A stretch of DNA of 64,000 nt from an uncultured bacterium (GTDB lineage Bacteria > Zhuqueibacterota > QNDG01 > DSAB01): the NCBI GenBank assembly GCA_964617625.1, contig CAZTZL010000003.1, positions 10,130-74,129 of the forward strand, read 5' to 3'. The notes under the pieces are model-generated. The model was not told the origin of the DNA and made no database searches. It saw nothing but the letters and a program-made list of their open reading frames with translations. The position numbers and the translations under genes are program-made. Below, piece after piece: positions 19,299 to 30,053 of this stretch. How positions within the stretch are numbered: the stretch's first letter is position 1; each line of letters opens with the position of its first letter.

Positions 19299-21560
19299 TT
19301 ACTTAAATCTTCCTTTACTCAACTGTTCAAACAGCCGCGCATCCAGCTCTTCTAAGCCGTTAATGCTGTATAGGTGATTGGATGAGACCCAAGGCAGCCA
19401 GAACCGGTGTCCGCCGACACCGCGGCCTCTTCTGCTCGGTCCCATACTCCAATGTTCCTGCTGCCAACCGACGCCTCTCATATCATACAAACGTCCCGGA
19501 AGAGCAACCATGGATTTGGTTGCATGCAGGAGGATCCAGGCAACATCAAGGTAATGCTGGTCTTTGGTGTACAGATACAGTTTTGCATAAGATGGAGCTG
19601 ACCAATCCATGTATTCATCGACGCCACCAGGACCCCGGGCGTTTATACCCTGCAGTCCAATGGTCGGCACACCTTTCTTCCAGTGTAGTTGTGTATTGTC
19701 TGCATCAATCGGCATCGGCAGGTTCCAGATCCAGATCCAGCTTTCAGCATAATCCGCTGCGATTTTGGCGCGTCCCAGCCATTGGTCCCCGCTGGTTGCT
19801 TCATAGAGATTCAGATAAGCTTCCAGACTCAGCATCCCGGCTTCCTTGTCGGTAATGTTCGGATTGTCGCTGGTGCCGCCAACAAAAAGTCCCTGGCTTC
19901 CCCAGTTTTCCCAAACATATTCTCCTGCATAAATTGCTGCCTGCTCATACTTAGGATCGCCTGTCTCGTCAGTCATTAGAATGAGCAGGGGCACCGGGCA
20001 ATAGCTTGTTGATCCAGTTGTTTCGGCAACTTCGCTGCTACCGGCTATCCAACGCCGTGGAAAAGAGCCATCTTCCCTTTGCTGCGTTAGCAGCCAGTCC
20101 ACGTAGGACTTGACCCAGTTGAACCATTCGGGATGTTGGTGTCCGAGGGAGCGCTCACGCCGGTAAGCACGCATCAAGACTCGCATACCTTCTGTAGCAT
20201 TCCGCAGCCAGGGTGCGAGCCATTCCTGCCGTTCGCCTGTCCATGGTTTTCCGGTTGCAAGATCATAACCGGTCGCCTGAAGCGGCACGGTCGGAAGGGC
20301 CTCGATCATGGATGAGATGATAGACAGTCCAAGGTGACGCATTTTTTGCCCACGCTCAGACTTATCTCGATCGCCTTCGCGCAGTAATTGATCCGCGCAC
20401 TCAATATTTTTACTCACGAAGCCCATCGCTGTCATCGTCCAATTCCATTGAGGCGCGCTCGTATCAAATGTAGCGATTGCAAAAGGAATGCCTGTGCGTT
20501 CGTCAATGGTGGCAGCCTGAGCGGCCAGGTGTTCTATCAGCACTTGTCGCATCTGTTCGACATCAATAGGAGTGACTGCGGGCTTTAATGTATTCCAAGA
20601 CCATCGCCATGTGTTTCTAATGACGTCCTGAAACGACTCGTTTTGTCCGAATCGAAAACTAACTTCGTAGTTATGAGCAACTCCCTGAACGATCGGATGA
20701 TAGCGTCGAATCCATCTCGGTTCAGACGATGCATTCGGACCGAACGCATACATGCTCATCGTGCCGGGAAACTGGAAACCAAACTCGATTGGACTCTCAT
20801 TCTTCTGACATGCGCCCAAGGCACCAAATTGAAATCTTGCATCGGTCATTACATCTTTCGTAAGTTTTGTCTCTTCCACTGTCGATTCACCTCGCGGTGA
20901 AGGATCCAGCATCGCCACAGAGGAACCGTTATTGAAAGAGAGCGAGAACAACGGAGCCGACATCATATCTTCACGCAGGAGGAATCGACGTGCTTTGTAA
21001 TTTAGCACACCGCCGGGAGAGCGGTCGCCATTGTATGCAGGATCACCATACAATGCACCCGGAGCAAAACAATTCACGTCACTCCAGCATACGGAAGGAT
21101 CGACCGTGAGCGTGACAGACGAATTGAAGCCCCCCGGAGCTTTCCCCGCCACTTCCACCTTTCTGCGCACCGAAACTACCGCTCCGTTCAGGCTCCACCG
21201 GTCGTGCATACGAAACACAACACTGTCGCTGTATATGATTTCAGCGTGGGCATCAATTCCGGAGGCTGATTTCCGGACTGTCTTGTATCCCGCTGCAAGT
21301 TCGCAAATGTCCTTTTCCCTTTGAAAGATCTCGATCTGCGCGGGCTTTTGTTGCATCATCATTGGGGCGGTATCACCAAAGATTTCAATACCCCATTCAC
21401 CTCCTGCAGCACAGACGAACGAGACTGTTGCCCCGGTCTGCAAACATCCAAGGTTCACCCGATCGCCTTGCTGTGCGAACACGGCCGAACCTGTCAAACA
21501 TAATCCAAAAATTAGGTATTGGCCAAACACCTTTATATTCCTTTTATATGAAAAGCTCAC
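19299..21560 (-). CDS. uncharacterised secreted protein with C-terminal six-hairpin (alpha/alpha)6-like region; candidate unclassified glycoside hydrolase or lyase
   Basis: 753 aa. Signal peptide. The N-terminal half reads as beta-sandwich. The C-terminal half is Trp/Tyr/Asp-rich with helical periodicity (DNPNITDKEAGMLSLEAYLNLYEATSGDQWLGRAKIAADYAESWIWIW). No match could be made to a family I can name. Confidence 0.4.
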   Translation of the reverse strand: MSFSYKRNIKVFGQYLIFGLCLTGSAVFAQQGDRVNLGCLQTGATVSFVCAAGGEWGIEIFGDTAPMMMQQKPAQIEIFQREKDICELAAGYKTVRKSASGIDAHAEIIYSDSVVFRMHDRWSLNGAVVSVRRKVEVAGKAPGGFNSSVTLTVDPSVCWSDVNCFAPGALYGDPAYNGDRSPGGVLNYKARRFLLREDMMSAPLFSLSFNNGSSVAMLDPSPRGESTVEETKLTKDVMTDARFQFGALGACQKNESPIEFGFQFPGTMSMYAFGPNASSEPRWIRRYHPIVQGVAHNYEVSFRFGQNESFQDVIRNTWRWSWNTLKPAVTPIDVEQMRQVLIEHLAAQAATIDERTGIPFAIATFDTSAPQWNWTMTAMGFVSKNIECADQLLREGDRDKSERGQKMRHLGLSIISSMIEALPTVPLQATGYDLATGKPWTGERQEWLAPWLRNATEGMRVLMRAYRRERSLGHQHPEWFNWVKSYVDWLLTQQREDGSFPRRWIAGSSEVAETTGSTSYCPVPLLILMTDETGDPKYEQAAIYAGEYVWENWGSQGLFVGGTSDNPNITDKEAGMLSLEAYLNLYEATSGDQWLGRAKIAADYAESWIWIWNLPMPIDADNTQLHWKKGVPTIGLQGINARGPGGVDEYMDWSAPSYAKLYLYTKDQHYLDVAWILLHATKSMVALPGRLYDMRGVGWQQEHWSMGPSRRGRGVGGHRFWLPWVSSNHLYSINGLEELDARLFEQLSKGRFK

Positions 21561-21610
21561 TCAAAATTCTTCCATGATCTCGGATTTGTATACCAATGCA
21601 TAAACTATAT

Positions 21611-24199
21611 TTATTGAACTATGATTTTTAGTATTTTCAAATCGTTTGCATCCGAACTGGAACCATACAGAACTGTATACTCTCCAGGGGTAACAGCCAT
21701 TTTACCACTTGCTCTGTCGAAAAATTCGAACGATTTATAAGGCAGCTCAATTATCGTTTGACTTGATTTCCCGGCTGTGACATCAACCCGTTGAAAACCC
21801 CTTAAGGTTTTTAGTGGTTCGTTGATGTCGTTCACTTTGCGCACATAAACCTGAACGATTTCTGTGCCATCTTGTTTGCCGGAATTTTTTACAGGAATGG
21901 TTATTATGGTACTTTCACCGCTTTTAATTTTGGTTTTACTAATTTTTGCTTTACCGATGGAAAAATTAGTATAACTTAATCCGAAACCAAAGGGGAACAG
22001 CGGATCGGACATAAACCGGTAAGTCCGGCCTTTCATCGAATAATCTTCAAAATCCGGTAATTGTTTGATGTTCTTGTAGAAAGTGATGGGCAGTTTCCCG
22101 GACGGATTATAATCACCGAACAACACATCGGCCACTGCCTGACCGCCGGATTCACCTCCATACCAGGCTTGCAGAATAGCATCGCAGGTTTCGGTCTCAG
22201 GAACCAAACCCATCGCTGAACCTGAACAATTCACAAAGATGATTTTCTTCCCGGCCTGTTTCAAAACCTTCAAGCAATTTCGCTGAATTTCAGGAAGTTC
22301 TATATCCGTACGATCGCCTCCCTTGAAACCAGGCAAATCGACAGGCATCTGTTCGCCTTCCAGCTGAGACGAAATACCCCCTGCGAAAATCACGACATCG
22401 ATGTTCTTTAGCTTTTCGAGCAGTGCATCGAACTGAACGGGGACTTCCTTTCCAAAATTCAGACTCAGACTTGCCGGCCAGCGACCGATTTGGCGAAAAC
22501 GCGCTTCAATTTTATACTCCTTGCCTTTTTCAACTATTAATGGGACGCGGAGAGTCCGCGGTCCAAACCGGACCGGCTTATACAGTGTATCGAGGTTTAC
22601 GATAAGCTCGAATCTTCCCCTGGGCTCTATTTTAAATACGATCTCTCCGGACTCCGACGGCTGATAGATTGTTTCGTATTTTCCGGAGAAATCCTGTAGA
22701 TGCACACCCGGTGCAAATTCATGCTGCCCGTCCGTGGTTAATTGTATTGGATAGGTCATTTGTTCGATGGCAACGGCTTCTCCTGTAAATTCGCGGTTAT
22801 TCCAATAAGTCGCTTTAATTCCTAATTGACCATTAATGGAACATTCACTAAATGCGTTTTCAATAACCATTTTATCCACCAGGTCACATGCCCTGTCATA
22901 AACAATCTCTTGGCCAGAGAGTTTGGTTTGTATGCCATCCAAAATCGTGATGGTATAAATGGGGCGTCCATTGTAATTTCCCCACAGCATTCGTTCATCA
23001 TTTGCATTTGGACCGATTACCCCAATCTTTTGAAGGGATTTGGATAAAGGTAAAATATTATTCTTATTTTGCAAGAGGGTCATCGATTCCCTCGCCATGT
23101 CCAAAGCCATTTTTTTGTGTGCATCACAATTGACCACTGAAATCGGGATTTTTGTCCAGGGAACCAATAAATCGTCATCCATTTCTCCCAAATCGAAACG
23201 TCCTATCAAAACCCGCATCAAACTTTTATCCATATCTTCTTCGTTAATCAAGCCTCTTTCCACCGCTTCGGGTAACAGTTTATAAGCAGGGCCTGCGCAC
23301 TCTATATCCGTCCCTGCCAGAACACCTTTGGCAGCCGCATGTACTGCATCTGAGGAAATTTTATGGCTGTTATAAAAATCAGATATTGCCCCGCAATCGG
23401 AAACAACAAGGTATTTAAAGCCCCACTCGTCACGCAAGATTTTTTGCAGCAGCCGTGTGTTGCCGCAGCAGGGTTCATCATCAAGACGCTGATAAGCGCA
23501 CATCACCTCGCGGACACCTGCTTCCTCCACTAGCGCTTTGAATGCGGGAAGGTAGGTTTCCCATAAATCTCGGGGATCGAGGTCATTGATGTTCATGGTA
23601 TGACGGCTCGGTTCAGGTCCCGAGTGAACAGCAAAGTGCTTGGCACAGGCTAACAGTTTTTTATATCGTGAATCAGCAGGTCCCTGCAGCCCTTTGACCA
23701 CAGAAATCCCCATGCGGGACATCAAATAAGGATCTTCACCATAGCTTTCCTGACCGCGTCCCCAGCGCGGATCCCGAAAAATATTGATATTGGGTGTCCA
23801 AACGGAAAGACCTAAAAAACGGCGATGTTCCATCCCTCTTTTTTGCGATTCGTTGTATTTGGCCCGCACCTCATCAGAAACAGCGTTAAAAATTTTGCAG
23901 ACCAATTCATCATCAAACGAAGCGGCCATACCAATGGGTTGAGGGAAAACCGTGACACTGTCATTATTTGCCAGGCCGTGCAGGGCTTCGCTCCACCAGT
24001 AAAAATTTTTTATTCCAAGACGTGGGACGGCTTCCGATACATCACGCATCAACGCCGCTTTTTCTTCCAGAGTCAGCCGTGCAATCAAATCTTTTGCCCT
24101 TTCTTCCGAACTTAAATTTGGATTTTGATAGGGCAATTGTTCACCCCACAGGTTTATTATAAATAGAAAACATATGACAATGAACAGTTTCTGTTTCAT
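21611..24199 (-). CDS. GH3 beta-glucosidase/beta-xylosidase with PA14 insertion (paralog 2)
   Basis: 862 aa. Same motif set as 2915..5533 (KHFAVHSGPE, VVSDCGAI, PA14 region). The two proteins align end to end. Confidence 0.85.
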   Translation of the reverse strand: MKQKLFIVICFLFIINLWGEQLPYQNPNLSSEERAKDLIARLTLEEKAALMRDVSEAVPRLGIKNFYWWSEALHGLANNDSVTVFPQPIGMAASFDDELVCKIFNAVSDEVRAKYNESQKRGMEHRRFLGLSVWTPNINIFRDPRWGRGQESYGEDPYLMSRMGISVVKGLQGPADSRYKKLLACAKHFAVHSGPEPSRHTMNINDLDPRDLWETYLPAFKALVEEAGVREVMCAYQRLDDEPCCGNTRLLQKILRDEWGFKYLVVSDCGAISDFYNSHKISSDAVHAAAKGVLAGTDIECAGPAYKLLPEAVERGLINEEDMDKSLMRVLIGRFDLGEMDDDLLVPWTKIPISVVNCDAHKKMALDMARESMTLLQNKNNILPLSKSLQKIGVIGPNANDERMLWGNYNGRPIYTITILDGIQTKLSGQEIVYDRACDLVDKMVIENAFSECSINGQLGIKATYWNNREFTGEAVAIEQMTYPIQLTTDGQHEFAPGVHLQDFSGKYETIYQPSESGEIVFKIEPRGRFELIVNLDTLYKPVRFGPRTLRVPLIVEKGKEYKIEARFRQIGRWPASLSLNFGKEVPVQFDALLEKLKNIDVVIFAGGISSQLEGEQMPVDLPGFKGGDRTDIELPEIQRNCLKVLKQAGKKIIFVNCSGSAMGLVPETETCDAILQAWYGGESGGQAVADVLFGDYNPSGKLPITFYKNIKQLPDFEDYSMKGRTYRFMSDPLFPFGFGLSYTNFSIGKAKISKTKIKSGESTIITIPVKNSGKQDGTEIVQVYVRKVNDINEPLKTLRGFQRVDVTAGKSSQTIIELPYKSFEFFDRASGKMAVTPGEYTVLYGSSSDANDLKILKIIVQ

Positions 24200-24251
24200 A
24201 TTCCAAACTCCTTGATTTTAGGATATTTTAAGTATGAATGCCTCGCATCAT

Positions 24252-24848
24252 TTATTCCAATCGCAATTTCCCCTCAATGTACATTGTGGAACTACATCTC
24301 TTGTTGCCCAACAAATAACTCTCATCAATCTGCACTTTTGTTACCGATTTCTCGAGGAGCATTTCGAACATGGCTTTTTGAAAACCCGCACAGCAGTGAT
24401 TGCATAACGCGAGCGGCGGATTTTCAGACTGTGCATAGGGACAGGCGCATCTGTCCACCGGTTTTCCTGTAATTTTGATAGTTGAAGCTTCAGAATCATA
24501 TTCTATCTTTTCCCAATAGGTATCTTTATTCGAGTTAATCCTGTCAAAAAAACCTTTCAGATCTTTCTTGTTATCAATAATCCAATTTTTAAAACCTTCA
24601 TGTGTAATATGTTCAGCACCAAGTTTTTCAAAAATGCTTTTTTTCACTGATTCATCTATCGAAGAATCGATATAACTTAAAACATTTTGTATTTGTCTGG
24701 TGTCAACCGGCACAAGCGGCGTTTTTTTATCGGGTTGAGAATTTTGTATAACAGCTGCCAACAGCTTGTTATTGGTTAACATGCCAAAACCTGTGCATGT
24801 ACCTATTCCTAATCCGCATGCGCACTTTATAAAATTTTTTCTATCCAT
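24252..24848 (-). CDS. hypothetical Cys-cluster protein with Tat-like N-terminus
   Basis: MDRKNFIKCACGLGIGTCTGFGML is RKxFIK followed by a hydrophobic stretch. The C-terminal motif is CACPYAQ...CNHCCAGF. Starting at the internal Met avoids an overlap with the GH97 gene. Confidence 0.4.
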   Translation of the reverse strand: MDRKNFIKCACGLGIGTCTGFGMLTNNKLLAAVIQNSQPDKKTPLVPVDTRQIQNVLSYIDSSIDESVKKSIFEKLGAEHITHEGFKNWIIDNKKDLKGFFDRINSNKDTYWEKIEYDSEASTIKITGKPVDRCACPYAQSENPPLALCNHCCAGFQKAMFEMLLEKSVTKVQIDESYLLGNKRCSSTMYIEGKLRLE

Positions 24849-24867
24849 AAATACTCCAAAATTGGTT

Positions 24868-26799
24868 TTATTTGTCTGGTACCATGAGAATACCAACAAA
24901 TCCACCTCTCGGCAGGCAATCGATTTTCAAAGTATCACCTTTTTTAACTTTTACCAAATCGCATGAAAAAGATTTATCATCACTTCCGTCTTTAATAAGC
25001 TTCAGAGAACAATTTTCTTTACCAAGAAAATTAAAATTTACATATAATGTTTGAGCTTCATTTTTTCCATTTAAGCCACCAATATACCATTTTTTTCCCT
25101 TTACCCGAGCGATAATCACTTTTTCCCCGGGATAACCATCGAGCAGTTTTGTATCATCCCAACAGACTGGAACATGTTTTAAAAATTCTTTAGGTTCGGA
25201 AGGTAAAGAATGATAGACCGAGGGTCTATCGGCAAAATGTTGAAACCCGGATTCAAAAACAACCGATAAAGCCAATTCGTGACCATAGGATGTAATATGC
25301 GGGTGCTGTGAATTCGAAAACGTAACCGGTGTGTAATCCATTGAACCAATCACATTGCGGGTAAAAGGGAGGGTCGTGTTGTGACCGGCGGCTTTGTTTG
25401 TCAGCGTGGATCGATTGTTGTACCATTCGGCACCATAGACGGCTTCCATCGTCATTAAATTAGGATACGTTCTTGCCCAACCGCGCGGAATCGTTGCGCC
25501 GTGAAAGTTGACCATCAAATGATATTTTGCCGCATCTTTAAGGATATCGATATAATATTTCATCATATCCTGCTGGTCGCCGGCAAAGAAATCCACTTTA
25601 ATCCCGTATACGCCGATTTTATTGAGCCACTCAAATTCCTTGGCACGTTTTTCTGCTGTTAACATATTTTTATTTGTTGTGGGAGTAGACCAGCTTGAAC
25701 ATGAGTTATACCAAATCATCGGTTTGATTCCTTTGCTCTTCGCATAATTAACGGCATCAATAATATTTCCGCCGTTAGTCATCTCTTCCCATTCCCAATC
25801 AATCAGCACATAGGGCCAGTTCATTTCCACGGCCAGATCCACATATTCGACAACCTTTTGATAATCTTTCGAGCCGTGATTGTTCGCCCAGTAAATCCAC
25901 GAAACCGGTCCCGGTTTAATCCAGTCTGTATCTTTCAATTGGTTAGGCTCGCTGACATCCGTAATGAGTGTAGATTCAACAATATCGGATAACTGCCCGA
26001 TGATGAGCACATGCCATTGCGAATGCCAGGGCAGTTTGGCGACAACTCCCGTTTGCGGGAAATGATCTCTCGGGGATGGATAGGTGACCTGATATTGATT
26101 TAAATCATTCAGATTGCTCAATAGGGAAGCACAATTATTTTCCGTAATATTGGCTTCGGAAATCAAGACCCATAATAGTTGATCATTTACTTTGAATAAC
26201 GCGGGAAATCCCCATTCTTGTTTTTGATTATTGCCTGTTCCTGTTTTAGTAAACGGAAAGAATTTTTCATAACCGAAGTCGTACGGCTGCATCCACCGGC
26301 AGGTGCTATCCGGCAACACATAGGTTGTTGCTTCACTGGTCACATTGACCAATGAATCGGAATGATTCGGGAAGACATACCGGAATGTAACACCGTTATT
26401 GTAAACTCTGAAAACAATATCCAGAGGTTGATTGTTGGCATTCTTATAACTGAAAACTTTTTCTGTCCCTATGTTTTCACAAAGCTTCCGTTTACCGTGA
26501 ATCATTTTATATTTATTGTGTATCGCTTTCACTTTTGACTCTTTAACAAGAATAAGGTTATCGACAAATTGCTGATCTGAACGAGAGATACCCAATGGTG
26601 AATTGGGCAGCACTTCGACAAATTCCGAATCTTCTTTGTACAAGATTTTAAAATATAACTGACAATAATTATTATCAACGGATGAATTTATATTAGTCAG
26701 TTCTACTTTAATATGCTTATTTGGCGAAATAATATCCTCTGCATTTGCCGCGATACAATTTAAAACAAAAACTATAATTAAAATACAAAATTGTTTCAT
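24868..26799 (-). CDS. GH97 alpha-glucosidase/alpha-galactosidase
   Basis: 643 aa. GIKVDFFAGDQQDMMKYY...KYHLMVNFHGATIPRGWARTYPNLMTMEAVYGAEW matches the GH97 catalytic-core signature. Signal peptide. Confidence 0.8.
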   Translation of the reverse strand: MKQFCILIIVFVLNCIAANAEDIISPNKHIKVELTNINSSVDNNYCQLYFKILYKEDSEFVEVLPNSPLGISRSDQQFVDNLILVKESKVKAIHNKYKMIHGKRKLCENIGTEKVFSYKNANNQPLDIVFRVYNNGVTFRYVFPNHSDSLVNVTSEATTYVLPDSTCRWMQPYDFGYEKFFPFTKTGTGNNQKQEWGFPALFKVNDQLLWVLISEANITENNCASLLSNLNDLNQYQVTYPSPRDHFPQTGVVAKLPWHSQWHVLIIGQLSDIVESTLITDVSEPNQLKDTDWIKPGPVSWIYWANNHGSKDYQKVVEYVDLAVEMNWPYVLIDWEWEEMTNGGNIIDAVNYAKSKGIKPMIWYNSCSSWSTPTTNKNMLTAEKRAKEFEWLNKIGVYGIKVDFFAGDQQDMMKYYIDILKDAAKYHLMVNFHGATIPRGWARTYPNLMTMEAVYGAEWYNNRSTLTNKAAGHNTTLPFTRNVIGSMDYTPVTFSNSQHPHITSYGHELALSVVFESGFQHFADRPSVYHSLPSEPKEFLKHVPVCWDDTKLLDGYPGEKVIIARVKGKKWYIGGLNGKNEAQTLYVNFNFLGKENCSLKLIKDGSDDKSFSCDLVKVKKGDTLKIDCLPRGGFVGILMVPDK

Positions 26800-27187
26800 A
26801 ATTTAAAACCATCCAAATAGATAGTTTACAGGATTGCCAAAAATCCAGTCATCGTGAGTGACAATAAATCTAAAGATCGAATCCATCAATATTAAACAAA
26901 TAAATTCTAATCATTCCATGAGTCTGTCCAATTTCCATTCATATTCTGAAATATCTCTGACATCATTATACAATCTTTTTTGTGTTTCATTCCGTTTGTA
27001 TTACAACTTCTGATTCTCTCAAATCCTTAGAGGCTGCTTTCAGCAGTATTTCCTCGGCTTTATCTTTCAATTATATAACGACAAGGGCCAAACTATGGAA
27101 TAACTTTCGCTCATTGGTCTCAAAATATTAATGGTGAATCGGAACGCTATTGTCCACTCCGGCAATAATACTCCTACCCTTAATTCC

Positions 27188-29602
27188 TCATTTCACTTCC
27201 ACAAAAACCATCTTGTCAAGGTTTAGTCCACCACCTTCTATAACCAATTTTAGTATATGCTGACCGGCGTCAAGTTTAATAATCTTTTTTACAACATCCC
27301 ATGATTGAAACCCTGCTGTATTTGGAAGTGATATAATCCCGGTTTTATTTACTCCGTCACATTCAAGATGAAGTTTTGAATTATCTGAAGTTGAGGCCAC
27401 ATAGAATGAAACCTGGTAATTTGACGACTTTCTTATTGTGACCGTATATGCCATCCATTCGCCTGTAAATGTCCAGCCAACATTGTAACTGCCGGCGGAA
27501 CATTTTTCAATATCCACACCTTCACTGAGACGATATTGACCGCCCGAATTCTCCATGCCTCTATCATAATATGCATCGCCGGGGCAGCCGATGTCGTAGT
27601 CTTCGGCTTCGATGGTTCCCGGAATCGTATGGGATTTAAAAGCTTTCTGTTTCAACTCACAGACTTCCATAAACTGCCATCTTAAAAATGAACCACTTTT
27701 GGAATTGAGCAATTCGGCTTTATTCCCCTCAGCCAAGGGAACATTGACGGATAACATCCTATCGGGATATTGTTTATTGGAAATTTTAAATAACCCGTTG
27801 CGGGCATCATCGATTTTCCAAAACTGATTGGCCTTTCCGCTAAAATCTGAAATCACAAGATCATGATCTTGAATTGCGCACTCAAGCACTTTTTTAGAAT
27901 TTGCACGGTTCAGAATTGCATAAACGCCTTTCCCGGCGGATTTCAACTTCCATTGGTTGGCCGGATTTTTTCTTTGACTGCTCAGTCCCAAATCCGAACC
28001 AAGCATCAAGTTACCTGTGTTCTTTTCCGGAACAATGTAATAAGCAGGCGTGCAGTCGAAATCAGCATAATTGTCAAACGGCGGAATGTTGCCGTTGAAA
28101 CTCAGTTTTAAAACATAGGCCAGTTCTTCCAAAGAGCATTCGGGTAAACGCACGATTAATCCTTTTTCATTTTGTTTGTATGTCAATGGCAGGTATATCC
28201 CGGCTTCGCCATTGATGAGTTCAACCGATTTCAGGTTTTTACAGTTGATTCTTCTGGAGGACAATGATTTGAGCATAACTTCTTTCTGGTCCTTTTCCCA
28301 ACCGAGCAAAATTGCGTAAAGTGTCGTGTTATCTTTCGATCGGGTATAGCGAACATCTTTCGCCGTACCTTCGCTTGGAGCTCCCATTACACCGTGCGCA
28401 CCTCCCATTTTGGTGGGACCTTCTCCGTATTTTTCCCAGGCACGGGTTGCATACACCGCTTCGCCATATTTTTTAAGCCATGCACCCATGGCAAGCAGAA
28501 CATCCTTTTGTTCCTGTGGTATTGACCCATCTGCTTTTGGAGAAATGTTGAGAAGTAAATTACCGTTCTTGCTGATTCTGTCGAGAAACCCGTGAAGGAT
28601 CTGTTTCTTGGAATAATATCCGATTCCCTCGGTGTAGCACCAGCTTGAGGAACTGATGGCATCATCGGTCAGCCAGTAATTATCAGTGATATCGGCGGGA
28701 CCTCCGCGTTCGTAGTCCAAAACAGCGCATTTTGTATTCAGACCGTCTTTAAAAGTTGCTACAACAGGTTTGTTCCATTCGGCTGCTTTATTATAATAGT
28801 AAGCCAAAAATTGTAAAAGAATAGGTTGTGAAATAACATGCAGGTTGAAATCCTGCCAAACAATATCGGGCTTATAGTTGTCGATAATTTCCTTGTGCTT
28901 GGCAAGCCAAAACGCTTCATTTTTTTCTTTTCCCTGCTGACCGAAAAGCATTTGAAGTTTTGGATCGTTTGTTTGAGGCACAACATCATAATATCCGGTG
29001 ATATTGTATGCATGGTGCATAGAAAGGATGATTTTCATATTCTTTTTGCGGATGGCATCCGTTAACAGACCGACCAAATCCAGTCTCGGCCCCATATCTT
29101 TTGCGTTCCAGGGATTTACTTTGCTTGCCCACATCGAAAAACCATCATGGTGCTCGGCTACCGGGCCAGCAAATTGTGCTCCCGCATCGGCAAACAACTG
29201 TGCCCATTCATCAGGATCGAATTTACCTCCTTCCGACTTTAGCTTAGGTGCAAACTGTACAAAGTTACCTTTATTATCTTTCGCACCGGTGATGAAATAG
29301 TTGTACGGCCATTGAGATGGATCGCCGTAAGTTTCAATATGATGTTTATTTTCTGCCGATCCTTTGATATACATACTGCGGGGATACCATTCGTTTGCAA
29401 ATGCTGGAACAGAATATACTCCCCAGTGAAAATAAATACCAAACTTGGCGTCCTTGAACCACTCGGGGACTGGGTTTCCTTTTTCCAATGATTCAAATTC
29501 GGGTTGATATTCTTGTTTTTCTGTTTGTGCCGAGATTTTACCAATTATTCCAGTAACAAACAGAATCAGAAAGACAGCAATTAAAAACATTTTTGTTTTC
29601 AT
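27188..29602 (-). CDS. GH29 alpha-L-fucosidase with C-terminal CBM13 (ricin-B) and CBM6-like domains
   Basis: 804 aa. GKFGIYFHWGVYSVPAFANEWYPRSMY is the GH29 N-terminus. QxW repeats (QWKL, QFWKI, LRWQF) mark the CBM13. IEAEDYDIGCPGDAYYDRG...GW...GEW marks the CBM6. Confidence 0.85.
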   Translation of the reverse strand: MKTKMFLIAVFLILFVTGIIGKISAQTEKQEYQPEFESLEKGNPVPEWFKDAKFGIYFHWGVYSVPAFANEWYPRSMYIKGSAENKHHIETYGDPSQWPYNYFITGAKDNKGNFVQFAPKLKSEGGKFDPDEWAQLFADAGAQFAGPVAEHHDGFSMWASKVNPWNAKDMGPRLDLVGLLTDAIRKKNMKIILSMHHAYNITGYYDVVPQTNDPKLQMLFGQQGKEKNEAFWLAKHKEIIDNYKPDIVWQDFNLHVISQPILLQFLAYYYNKAAEWNKPVVATFKDGLNTKCAVLDYERGGPADITDNYWLTDDAISSSSWCYTEGIGYYSKKQILHGFLDRISKNGNLLLNISPKADGSIPQEQKDVLLAMGAWLKKYGEAVYATRAWEKYGEGPTKMGGAHGVMGAPSEGTAKDVRYTRSKDNTTLYAILLGWEKDQKEVMLKSLSSRRINCKNLKSVELINGEAGIYLPLTYKQNEKGLIVRLPECSLEELAYVLKLSFNGNIPPFDNYADFDCTPAYYIVPEKNTGNLMLGSDLGLSSQRKNPANQWKLKSAGKGVYAILNRANSKKVLECAIQDHDLVISDFSGKANQFWKIDDARNGLFKISNKQYPDRMLSVNVPLAEGNKAELLNSKSGSFLRWQFMEVCELKQKAFKSHTIPGTIEAEDYDIGCPGDAYYDRGMENSGGQYRLSEGVDIEKCSAGSYNVGWTFTGEWMAYTVTIRKSSNYQVSFYVASTSDNSKLHLECDGVNKTGIISLPNTAGFQSWDVVKKIIKLDAGQHILKLVIEGGGLNLDKMVFVEVK

Positions 29603-30053
29603 AAGCTATTGACTCCTGAATTAGATTATTGACTGATCTTTGGTAAATTTATAAAAGGAATTTCATTTTAATCCTGAAACGTCGGGAGAAGAATCCATCA
29701 ATACTTACTCGATATGCTTCGATAGGTTTACCCTGAGTCTTTCGAAGGGCTCGGTATGCGTCCCCCCGTTTCCTTTATTCGTGGAATTTGCTAAAGTTCT
29801 GTTACCTCAATTAAAGCAGCTTCTTTGTCTGTATAAAATCTGTATATATTAAAGTTGTAATTTCCTATCTGAAAAAATCACAGACTTTCAGAGCCATTTT
29901 ACTCTTTATTGGTAATTGATAACTCATCATCGTTGTCGGATCGAAGGAATTCGGATCATATTGTTCCAAGTTAAAATTTTTCTCTATTTCTATTTTATTA
30001 TATTCAACATGAACAATCTTTTCACCCATCAGGAGAATTATTTATTACAAATT

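Noticed and set aside
29703-29712. ACTTACTCGA half-site upstream of the GH29 gene as a third LacI operator
   Set aside because: Only one half of the dyad is present (the partner half reads TATGCTTCG). Mentioned under the operator finding but not called as a feature.
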